DNA of 64,000 bases from Polyangiaceae bacterium (lineage in GTDB: Bacteria > Myxococcota_A > Polyangia > Polyangiales > Polyangiaceae), in the NCBI GenBank assembly GCA_044222475.1, contig JBGANF010000023.1, positions 1-64,000 of the forward strand, read 5' to 3'. This document shows positions 56,113 through 64,000 of the stretch, one piece after another. The number at the start of each line of letters is the position of its first letter. The first letter of the stretch is position 1. The notes beneath the pieces are model-generated. The model saw only the letters and a program-made list of their open reading frames with translations, had not been told where the DNA came from and did not search any database. The position numbers and the translations under genes are program-made.

Positions 56113-58572
56113 TCAGACTTTGATTCGCTTCATGTCCGGGTCATACAACGGCCTCAGCGACGCAACCGCGGGGTACTTCTTCCCCGCGATGTCGACTTCC
56201 CATTTTCCTTCGTCGAGCCACGCCTGCGTGATCGGCGCATCGCCCTCGATCATCGCGAGCCCCACCGCCCCTCCGAGCGTGAACCCGTACGACGCCGCGC
56301 GGATGTAGCCGACCGCCTTGCCGTTGCGATGCACGACCTCGGCGTGGAACATCATCGGCTCGGGATCCTTCACCAGCACCTGCACGATCCGCCGGCGGAG
56401 CGGCCCCTCGGCCTTCTTCGCGAGCACCGCCTCTCGACCGAGGAACCCGCCCGGCTTGTCCATCGCGACCGCAAACCCGAGCCCCGCCTCGAGGACCGAG
56501 TCGGTGTTGTCGATGTCGTGACCGTAGTCGCGATACCCCTTCTCCATGCGCAAGCTCGCGAGCGCCTTGAGACCCGCGTGCCGAAGCCCGACCTTCTTGC
56601 CCGCCTCGACGATGCGCTCGTACGCGTGCACCGCCTGCTCCGCCGGGACGTAGAGCTCGTAGCCGAGCTCCCCGAGGTACGTGATGCGCACGCAGAGCGC
56701 GCGCGCGAAGCCGATGTCGATCTCTCGCGCGGTGCGGAACGGAAACGCCTCGTTCGAGAGATCCACCGACGTGATCGACTGGAGCAGCTCGCGCGACCGC
56801 GGGCCCTGCACGTTGAGCTGCGCGTAGCCCGACGTCACGTCGGTCACGAACGCGTGCGCGTCCTCCGGGAAGTGACGACGCATCCACGTCTCGGCGTGGC
56901 GGTGCGCGGTGTCCGAAGCGACGACCCAGTACCGCTCGTCACCGAGCTTCGTGACGGTGAGGTCCGCTTGGATCTTCCCGGCGCCGTCGAGCCACTGGGT
57001 GTACGTGATCTGCCCCGTCGTCTCGTTCACCTTGTTCGCGGAGATGAAATCGAGGCACTTTCCCGCGTCGCGGCCCTGCACGAGGAATTTCGCCATGAAC
57101 GACATGTCCATGAGGATGACGCCGCTCCGCGCCGCTTCGTGCTCCGCCTGCCAGTACGGAAACCAGGGCTGGCGACCCCACGAGAGCGAGTCGACCTTCG
57201 GCTCCACGCCGGGCGGCGCGTACCAATCTGGGCCTTCCCACCCGCTGACGTCCTTGAAGTACGCCCTCTCGGCGACGAGCTTCTCGTGGACCGGCGATCG
57301 CTTCGCGCCGCGAGCGGTCATCATCGAGCGCGTCGGGTAGTGGCACTGGTAGACCATCCCGAGCGACTCGACGGTGCGCGTCCGCCGGTACTCGGGGTTC
57401 GACTGGTAGACGTGCAGGCGGTCGATGTTGAACCCGGTGATGTCGACGTCGGGCCGGCCGGTCGTGATCCAGTGCGCGAGCACGCGACCGAGCCCTCCGC
57501 CGGTGAGGATGCCGATCGAGTTCAACCCGGCCGCGACGAAGAAGTTCTTCACCTCCGGCGCCTCGCCCACGACCGGCTGCAGGTCCGGCGTGAAGCTCTC
57601 GGGGCCGCAGAAGAACTTCTTCACTCCGACCTCGAGTGAGCGAGGCACGCGGCTCATCGCCTTCTCGACGTAGGGTCCCATCCGATCCCAGTCGGGCGTG
57701 ATCTCGCCGAAGGAGAAATCCTGAGGCACGCCTTCGACCTTCCACGGCGCGCAGACGGGCTCGAAGAGCCCCACCATGAGGCCGCCGACCTCTTCACGGA
57801 AGTACCCGTACGACGAGGGGTCTTCGAGCACCGGCCACTTCGGATCGATCTCCGGGATCTTGTCGGTGATGAGGTAGTAGTGCTCCGCCGACTGGAGCGG
57901 CACGTTGACGCCGGCCTTCGCCGCGAGCTCGCGAGCCCACATTCCGCAGCAGTTGACGACGTACTCGCACTCGATGTCGCCGATGGGCGTGCGCACGCCG
58001 GCGACCGCGCCGCGCTTCGTGAGGATCTCGAGCGCTGGGACGCCTTCGAGGATGGTTGCACCCTGCAACCTCGCGCCCTTCGCCATCGACATCGTGACGT
58101 CGACCGGGTTCACCCGCCCGTCGCCGGCGACATAGAAGCCAGCGAGCAGGTCGTCGGTCTTGGCGAGCGGGAAGAGCTCCTTCACGTTCGCCGGCGAGAT
58201 CTCCTGCACGTCGACCCCGCAGTGGCGGTTGAACGCCGAGACGCGTCGGTACTCTTCGAGGCGATCCCGATCGGCCGCGACCTCGATGAACCCGACCGGC
58301 GCGAATCCCGTCGCGAGCCCGGTCTCTGCCTCGAGTCGCGCGTAGAGGTCGCGCGTGTACTTGCGCATCTCGGTCGACGTTTCGGACGTCGACCCGAAGC
58401 AGACCATCAACCCGGCGGCGTGCCACGTCGTCCCCGAGGTGAGGCGATCACGCTCGAGGAGAACGGTGTCCTTCCAGCCCAGGTGCGCGAGGTGGTACGC
58501 GACCGAGGTCCCGATGATGCCGCCGCCGATGACGACGACGCGAGCGCGTGAGGGGAGTGCAGGGCCGGCCAT
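56113..58572 (-). CDS. FAD-dependent oxidoreductase, GcvT family (dimethylglycine/sarcosine dehydrogenase-like)
   Basis: VIGGGIIG, TSGTTWHAAG, GPESFTPD, GELGYEL, SLRMEKGY. Confidence 0.95.
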   Translation of the reverse strand: MAGPALPSRARVVVIGGGIIGTSVAYHLAHLGWKDTVLLERDRLTSGTTWHAAGLMVCFGSTSETSTEMRKYTRDLYARLEAETGLATGFAPVGFIEVAADRDRLEEYRRVSAFNRHCGVDVQEISPANVKELFPLAKTDDLLAGFYVAGDGRVNPVDVTMSMAKGARLQGATILEGVPALEILTKRGAVAGVRTPIGDIECEYVVNCCGMWARELAAKAGVNVPLQSAEHYYLITDKIPEIDPKWPVLEDPSSYGYFREEVGGLMVGLFEPVCAPWKVEGVPQDFSFGEITPDWDRMGPYVEKAMSRVPRSLEVGVKKFFCGPESFTPDLQPVVGEAPEVKNFFVAAGLNSIGILTGGGLGRVLAHWITTGRPDVDITGFNIDRLHVYQSNPEYRRTRTVESLGMVYQCHYPTRSMMTARGAKRSPVHEKLVAERAYFKDVSGWEGPDWYAPPGVEPKVDSLSWGRQPWFPYWQAEHEAARSGVILMDMSFMAKFLVQGRDAGKCLDFISANKVNETTGQITYTQWLDGAGKIQADLTVTKLGDERYWVVASDTAHRHAETWMRRHFPEDAHAFVTDVTSGYAQLNVQGPRSRELLQSITSVDLSNEAFPFRTAREIDIGFARALCVRITYLGELGYELYVPAEQAVHAYERIVEAGKKVGLRHAGLKALASLRMEKGYRDYGHDIDNTDSVLEAGLGFAVAMDKPGGFLGREAVLAKKAEGPLRRRIVQVLVKDPEPMMFHAEVVHRNGKAVGYIRAASYGFTLGGAVGLAMIEGDAPITQAWLDEGKWEVDIAGKKYPAVASLRPLYDPDMKRIKV

Positions 58573-58629
58573 GGATCTGGCGGAGCATATAACGCGGAAA
58601 TTGGGCGGGCGGGAGCTGATACAACCCTG

Positions 58630-59784
58630 ATGATGCGCTGGCGATTCGCGACCGTCCTGGTCTTCGGCTTGGGGTGCCAACGGGCATGCGCGACGCAGCC
58701 GACCGTGGAAGCGGGCGCGACCGATGCGGACACCGACGTCACGCAAGACGCCGGTCGGGTGAAGGCCGCCCGCGTGATCGACGCCGGGAGCGATGCCGCG
58801 CTCACCGCGGAGCAGCGGCAAGCCTACGTGGCGGCGCTCGTCGAAGGTCGCAAAGCCACGATCGCCAAGCGCTGGGGCGACGCAATCACCGCGTTCGATC
58901 GCGCGCTCGCCATCGTCCCGAGCGACGCCCGCGCCCTCTCGGAGCGCGGATACGCGCAGCTCCTCGGCGGACACCCCGAAGCGGCCCGGCACGACCTCGA
59001 GCGCGCGAGGTCTGCGTGCGATCCGAAGGACACGAAGCTCGGCGCGCAGATCGAGTTCAACCTCGGCCTCGCGTGCGACGCGTTGGCCGACACCGGCGTC
59101 GACGATCAACTGCGCGGAGAAGCGGTGGGACACTACCGGCGCTCCAACGATCTCGCGCCGAGCAAAGCCGCGGCCGCGAAGATGGGCGGGTGTCCCGCAT
59201 CGTGGGGTGCGGCCAAGACGACGACGTTCGGTTCCCGCGAAGACGTCGAAGGGAAGCTCTCGGTGCCCCGCGCCGAGTGGGAGGAGCTCGACGACCCTGC
59301 GGGAGTGTTCGTCCACCGCGACCCGACGCACACCGACGTCCTCCTTCCGATCGACGCCGGTCGCTGGGCGCACGTCGCCGTCGGGGCCACGGCGCTCTGG
59401 CACTGCGGAGCGACGGGCGAGCTTGCGGTGGAGAAGGTGGGGCCGGCCTGGAAGCTCACCTACCAGTCCCACCGAAACTCGATGTCGGCCGGGCTGTGCT
59501 TCTGCGCCGATGGCGTCGTGTGCAACGCGAGCGAAGGCGCACCGAGCGAAGGCGCCAAGTGCGCCTGCGCCGACCCCGCGTGCCCCATGGTGTGCGGCGG
59601 CTCCGAGTCACCCGAGGGCGACCACACCGTGACCTTCGTCGACCAGAAGACCGGCGCAGGCATCTGGCACACCCACGTCGACCACGCCTACCTGAACGAG
59701 GTCACGTTCGACGTCGATCTCTCCGCCAAGCGCTTCCACGCGACCGGGCTCGGCTGCATCGCCGACATCGCACTCCCCAAATGA
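58630..59784 (+). CDS. TPR-containing lipoprotein, hypothetical
   Basis: GLGC lipobox; TPR (AITAFDRALAIVPSDARALSERGYA, FNLGLA); Cys-rich C-terminal loop. Confidence 0.75.
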   Translation: MMRWRFATVLVFGLGCQRACATQPTVEAGATDADTDVTQDAGRVKAARVIDAGSDAALTAEQRQAYVAALVEGRKATIAKRWGDAITAFDRALAIVPSDARALSERGYAQLLGGHPEAARHDLERARSACDPKDTKLGAQIEFNLGLACDALADTGVDDQLRGEAVGHYRRSNDLAPSKAAAAKMGGCPASWGAAKTTTFGSREDVEGKLSVPRAEWEELDDPAGVFVHRDPTHTDVLLPIDAGRWAHVAVGATALWHCGATGELAVEKVGPAWKLTYQSHRNSMSAGLCFCADGVVCNASEGAPSEGAKCACADPACPMVCGGSESPEGDHTVTFVDQKTGAGIWHTHVDHAYLNEVTFDVDLSAKRFHATGLGCIADIALPK

Positions 59785-61019
59785 AGCCCTCACGCGGGAG
59801 GGCGTGGTTCGTCGCCATCGTGTGCACGCTCGCGATGACCGTGAGCTACGTCGATCGACAGGTGCTCGCCGCCCTGGGCCCGACCGTCCGCACGAAGCTC
59901 GACTTCGACGCCACCCACTTCGGTTGGCTCACGAGCGCGTTCGCGTTCTGTTACCTCACGTTCGCTCCCGTCTCGGGATCGTGGATCGATCGGGTCGGGA
60001 CGCGGCGCGGGCTCATGATCGCCGTGCTCGTGTGGTCGGTCGTCTCCGGTCTGCAAGGCGCCGCGTTCTCGTTCCCTGCCCTCTTCGCGATCCGCGCGCT
60101 CCTCGGCGCCGCCGAGTCGCCGTCGTTTCCCGCCGCCGCGCGCACGGTGCGCAACGTTCTCCCGGACCGCGATCGCTCGGCCGGGCTGGGGCTGCTCTTC
60201 ACCGGGAGCTCCATCGGCTCGATGATCGCCGGCCCCCTCGCGATTTGGCTCAACATCAAGTTCGGTTGGCGGGCCGCCTTCGGGATCGCCGCCGCCCTCG
60301 GTACCGTTTGGGTACCGCTGTTCTGGTTCGCCACTCGACACGACTCGGTGAGGACCCTGATCGGTGCGCGCGAAGAGAAGCTGACGCGCGCGCCAGTGTG
60401 GACCATGCTCCGCAATCGTGACGTCCTCCGCGCGGCGCTCCTCGTGATCGGAAGCGCGCCCGGGATCATGCTCGTCATCAACTGGTTCCCTCAGATCCTC
60501 GACAAGACGTTCCACGTCGTCCAGAACGCGCAGGCGCGCTACGTGTGGGCGCCCCCCGCCGCGTTCGACGTTGGCGCCATCGGCTTCGGGTGGATCGCGA
60601 GCCTCCGCGATCGACGCGCGAAGGGCGGGATCGCCGAGAAGCGCGACCTCATCGCGATCGCAGCGATCCTGGCGTCGACGCTCGCGGTGGTGCCGCGCGC
60701 CGGCGACGCGACGCGCGCGACGATCGTGTTGGCGCTCGCCATGATCGGCGGCGGTGCCATCTACACGCTCATCACGTCGGAGATGCTCGCGCGGATCGAT
60801 CCGAAGCTCACCGCGACCGCCGGCGGGATCACCGCGGCCGCCCAGTCGATCGCTCAGATCATCGCGGGACCGCTCATCGGCAAGAGCGTCGACAAGAGCG
60901 GCGGCTACTCGATCGCGCTCGTGGTGCTCGGAGTATGGGTGATCCCGTTCGCCCTCGTCTGGATCCTGGCGCAGCCGCGGACGCAAACGTTGCGCCCATC
61001 ACGCGAACCCCCTGCGTAG
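59781..61019 (+). CDS. MFS transporter (ACS/hexuronate-transporter-like)
   Basis: SYVDRQ, GSWIDRVGTRR, RALLGAAES..FP; ATGA overlap. Confidence 0.92.
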   Translation: MKPSRGRAWFVAIVCTLAMTVSYVDRQVLAALGPTVRTKLDFDATHFGWLTSAFAFCYLTFAPVSGSWIDRVGTRRGLMIAVLVWSVVSGLQGAAFSFPALFAIRALLGAAESPSFPAAARTVRNVLPDRDRSAGLGLLFTGSSIGSMIAGPLAIWLNIKFGWRAAFGIAAALGTVWVPLFWFATRHDSVRTLIGAREEKLTRAPVWTMLRNRDVLRAALLVIGSAPGIMLVINWFPQILDKTFHVVQNAQARYVWAPPAAFDVGAIGFGWIASLRDRRAKGGIAEKRDLIAIAAILASTLAVVPRAGDATRATIVLALAMIGGGAIYTLITSEMLARIDPKLTATAGGITAAAQSIAQIIAGPLIGKSVDKSGGYSIALVVLGVWVIPFALVWILAQPRTQTLRPSREPPA

Positions 61020-61075
61020 GCTCGCTCGACACCGCGAGAAAACAGGTGGGCGCGGTCATTGCAGACCGCGAAGGC

Positions 61076-62890
61076 ATGTCCGCCCTCGACATGCTCATCC
61101 CGACTCCGCGTCAGCTCGAGATCGACACGGTGGACCTCGCGCTCCCGCAGGCGAAGGCGTGGGAGCTCGTGCGTCATGCCGACCTCGGTCGCTACTCGCC
61201 GTTCGTGCGAGCGCTGTTCGCGATTCGCACGCTGCCATCTCGGGTGAGCGGCAAACAGGTGGACGAAACCCTGTTGAGGATCGACGACCTCTCCTCGACC
61301 CCCGAGAGGCCCGGGTTTCAACTCCTCGTGGAGGACGCACCGAACGAGCTCGTCGTGGGTGCGATCGGCAAGGTGTGGCACCTCGAGATCCCGTTCGTCC
61401 ACGTCGCGAGCGCCGACGACTACGCCGACTTCTCGACGCCCGACTACGCGAAGGTGGCGTGGGCGATCCGGGTCGTCCCTCTCGGAGAGCGCGACTCTCG
61501 GATCGAGGTCGAGGTGCGCGTCGACACCACCGACGAAGCGTCTTGGGCGAAGTTCCGCCGCTACTACCGGTTGATCGGGCCCGGGTCTCACTTCATTCGT
61601 CACTCGGTCCTGAGCGGTCTCGTCCGCGACCACGGAACCCCGGAGGCGAAGGAGAACGAACGACCGCTCCCCGGCGACGAGCTCCTCCCGGACGCATCGG
61701 CGCAGATCACGCAGTGGGTCGACGTTCGCGCGAAGCCGTCGGCGATCTGGCCGTGGCTCGTCCAGATGGGCGGCCACCGCGCGGGGTTCTACAGCATCGA
61801 TCTCCTCGACAACGAGAACGTCCGGAGCGCGCACGAGCTCCACCCCGAGCTCTCCAGGATCCGCGTGGGTGACGTGCTACCGGCGACGCGCAGCTCGCGC
61901 GACGGCTTCGAGGTGCTGCGGATCGTGCAGAACAAGGAGCTCATCGTTGGCGGACTGTTCGATCCCGCAGCGAAGAAGCAGCTGCCGTTCGTGACGCCGC
62001 GACCCGAGAGCTTCTGGCAGGTCACGTGGGCGTTCTTTCTCGAAGAGCGCGACGAAGGGACGACACGCATCCACGCCCGCGCGCGCGCCGCCTTTTCGCG
62101 GAGCAGCTCGCTCCACGCCGCGTGGATCCGGCCGGCGCATCGGCTCATGCAGGCCTCTCAGCTCCGCAACCTGGCCGCGCTGGTCGAAGGGCGCGCGCCG
62201 CAGCAAGACTGGCGCGACGTCAGCGCGGGCGTCGGTGGCGCGGCGGTGATGCTCGCTGCCTTCCTCACGCCGTTCATGCGCCGCGCTCGCCGCCACTGGG
62301 GCCTCGACGAAGCCACCGCGAATCGCACGTTGCCGGGTGACGAGCTCATCCCCGTACCAACGTGGGACTGGACGCACGGCATCGAGATCGAAGCCGAAGT
62401 CGAGCGGGTCTGGCCGTGGGTCGCCCAGATCGGCGCCGACCGCGGTGGCTTCTACAGCTACCAGTGGCTCGAGAACCTCGTCGGCTGCAACGTGCACAAC
62501 GCCGAGCGGGTCCACCCCGAGCTCGCGCTCGGGCCGGGCGCCATGCTCTCGCTCCACCCCAAGATGCCGCCGCTCCCAATCGCGCTCTTCGAGCGCGGGA
62601 GCCATTTCGTCGCTTTCGCTGCGGCAGACGAGAAAGCGCGCGCGGCCGGCAAGCCGTGGATCGCGACGAGCTGGGGTTTCTACGTCGAACCCATCGCGAA
62701 GGGACGCTGTCGCTTCATCAGCCGATACCGCTGCGAAGCGTCGGACGATGCTCTCAGCGCGCTCGAGTACGGGCCGCTGCTCCTCGAGCCGATCGGCTTT
62801 GCGATGGATCGACGCATGCTCCTCGGAGTGAAGGCGCGGGTCGAAGAGGCGGCGCACGCCGCGCTCGCCGCGCACGAGGTCCGCGCCTGA
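61076..62890 (+). CDS. Three-domain SRPBCC/START-like hypothetical protein
   Basis: N-terminal domain (LFAIR...ELVVGAIGKVW...FRRYYRLIGPGS) plus two repeats of LPGDEL.P...WPW..Q.G..R.GFYS...LE/DN. Confidence 0.7.
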   Translation: MSALDMLIPTPRQLEIDTVDLALPQAKAWELVRHADLGRYSPFVRALFAIRTLPSRVSGKQVDETLLRIDDLSSTPERPGFQLLVEDAPNELVVGAIGKVWHLEIPFVHVASADDYADFSTPDYAKVAWAIRVVPLGERDSRIEVEVRVDTTDEASWAKFRRYYRLIGPGSHFIRHSVLSGLVRDHGTPEAKENERPLPGDELLPDASAQITQWVDVRAKPSAIWPWLVQMGGHRAGFYSIDLLDNENVRSAHELHPELSRIRVGDVLPATRSSRDGFEVLRIVQNKELIVGGLFDPAAKKQLPFVTPRPESFWQVTWAFFLEERDEGTTRIHARARAAFSRSSSLHAAWIRPAHRLMQASQLRNLAALVEGRAPQQDWRDVSAGVGGAAVMLAAFLTPFMRRARRHWGLDEATANRTLPGDELIPVPTWDWTHGIEIEAEVERVWPWVAQIGADRGGFYSYQWLENLVGCNVHNAERVHPELALGPGAMLSLHPKMPPLPIALFERGSHFVAFAAADEKARAAGKPWIATSWGFYVEPIAKGRCRFISRYRCEASDDALSALEYGPLLLEPIGFAMDRRMLLGVKARVEEAAHAALAAHEVRA

Positions 62891-62896
62891 TCACGA

Positions 62897-63505
62897 TCAG
62901 GCGGTCGCGAAGACCAGCCACTCCACCAGCGGAGCTGCCGTCTTGATCTGGGTCACCAGCCACGGGACCAGCTTCGGCGACGCGATCAGCCCCTTCGGCA
63001 TCTTCGGAAAGCCCACCGTCAACCCCTTCCGCTTCAGGTGCTCGCCCTTCTTGGAGAGGGCCTTCAGGAGCTTCTCTAGCTCCACACCGCGCTTGTCGGC
63101 GACGGCCTTCCGGAAGCGCTCGAGCGCGGCCGGATCCATCATGTAGTGCCCGGCGGCGGCGAACATCTCGGGCAAGCCGATGTGGATGTAGAGCGCCATC
63201 GGGACCTCGGTCGCCTTGCCGGAGCGCTTGGTCGGCAGGAAGCCGCCGATGTGCGTCTTGTAGGGCGACTTGTCCTTCGAGAAGCGCACGTCACGGAAGA
63301 TGCGGAAGACCTTCGGCGCGTCGAGGTCGCAGTGGGCGAACGCCCCGTCGACCTTGGCCGCGACCTCGTCGAGCAGCTCCTTCATCGGCTTCTGGTAGCC
63401 GTCCTCGAACTCCTTCTTGTGGGCGTTGAACCAGTCTCGGTCTTGGTTCTTGGCGAGACGGCGGAAGAAGCCGGCGTCGGCTTCGGCGAACCCAGTGAAT
63501 GCCAT
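62897..63505 (-). CDS. DUF2461 (TIGR02453) family protein
   Basis: FF..L..NQDRDWF..HK, FRIFRDVRFSKDKSPYKT. Confidence 0.9.
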   Translation of the reverse strand: MAFTGFAEADAGFFRRLAKNQDRDWFNAHKKEFEDGYQKPMKELLDEVAAKVDGAFAHCDLDAPKVFRIFRDVRFSKDKSPYKTHIGGFLPTKRSGKATEVPMALYIHIGLPEMFAAAGHYMMDPAALERFRKAVADKRGVELEKLLKALSKKGEHLKRKGLTVGFPKMPKGLIASPKLVPWLVTQIKTAAPLVEWLVFATA

Positions 63506-63529
63506 GGTGCGAGGGTAGACAAAACGCAT

Positions 63530-63560
63530 CGCCCCGCGAAGAGGATCTCTTCGCGGGGCG
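63530..63560 (-). terminator. Strong hairpin, probable terminator
   Basis: CGCCCCGCGAAGAG-GAT-CTCTTCGCGGGGCG, 14-bp perfect stem, 20 bp after the upstream stop; T-tract offset. Confidence 0.65.
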
Positions 63561-63580
63561 TCGTCGTTTCCCGAATCAGC

Positions 63581-64000
63581 TCACTGCGGCGAGAACGTGA
63601 ACGGGTAGGTCACCTTGACCGTGCCGTCCTTCGGCTCGGAGAAGCTGAGGGTCGAGATGCTGCGGACGACGCAGGCGCGCACCGCCGGGTCGGGGAGATC
63701 GCTCCCCGCGCCGTCCTGAGCCATCGTGACCGAGCCGTCGCGACCGATGACGAACTTCACTTCGACGCGGCCCTCGAGGCCCGGGTTCTTGCGCAGGCCG
63801 TCGGCGTAGCAGCTGACCATCTTGCCCTCGTTCTGGCGAACCGTGCGGCGGATGATCTCCGCGTCGAGGTGACCGTTGGTCGAGAAGTTCGGGTCGGGGC
63901 GAACGTTCGGCGACTTGGTCTCGTGGGTGCGCATCTGCGGGCCACCGTGGTCGACGCCGCTCGCGTCGCAGTGGTCGCCGCTGCAGTGCGAAACCGTGCG
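63581..64000 (-). CDS. AgmX/PglI C-terminal (TonB-C-like) domain protein, 3' part (truncated by window edge)
   Basis: L..EIIRRTVR....CY..GL..NP.L.GRV.V.FVI..DG.V...C.....F..P..G.V.V.YPF.F; frame stays open to the window end. Confidence 0.88.
   Translation of the reverse strand, partial: RTVSHCSGDHCDASGVDHGGPQMRTHETKSPNVRPDPNFSTNGHLDAEIIRRTVRQNEGKMVSCYADGLRKNPGLEGRVEVKFVIGRDGSVTMAQDGAGSDLPDPAVRACVVRSISTLSFSEPKDGTVKVTYPFTFSPQ

Overview
High-GC, gene-dense chromosomal region of a myxobacterium, most likely Myxococcota/Polyangiales. This assignment is inferred from gene content and from the style of the 16S fragment, not from a database search. The window opens with the 5' end of a minus-strand 16S rRNA gene, its leader, boxA and two sigma70-type promoters. 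About 55 CDS follow. Housekeeping genes include ttcA, pepA, a cysteine synthase, ftsK, rph-rdgB, a split F0 operon (atpZ/I-atpI-atpB-atpE), an ABC-F protein, a UbiB/AarF kinase and a GcvT-family dehydrogenase. Signalling genes include two orphan histidine kinases, two membrane Ser/Thr kinases, an RHH-FHA protein, a cNMP-binding protein, and roadblock and PilZ-like proteins. There are many predicted lipoproteins (RCC1-repeat, Cys-rich, GH75 chitosanase, extensin-like). I found no transposase, integrase, prophage, tRNA or CRISPR array. The best candidate for a poorly described system is the pair of Ser/Thr kinase + TPR/PEGA-like partner modules, each translationally coupled, with parallel architecture and distinct kinase tail peptides. 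Other leads: an RHH-FHA operon, a TetR regulon with two palindromic operators, a 26-bp palindromic tandem repeat built from a gene's own 3' end just upstream of the rrn promoters, and a three-way-junction-like intergenic element. All product calls come from motif recognition by eye.
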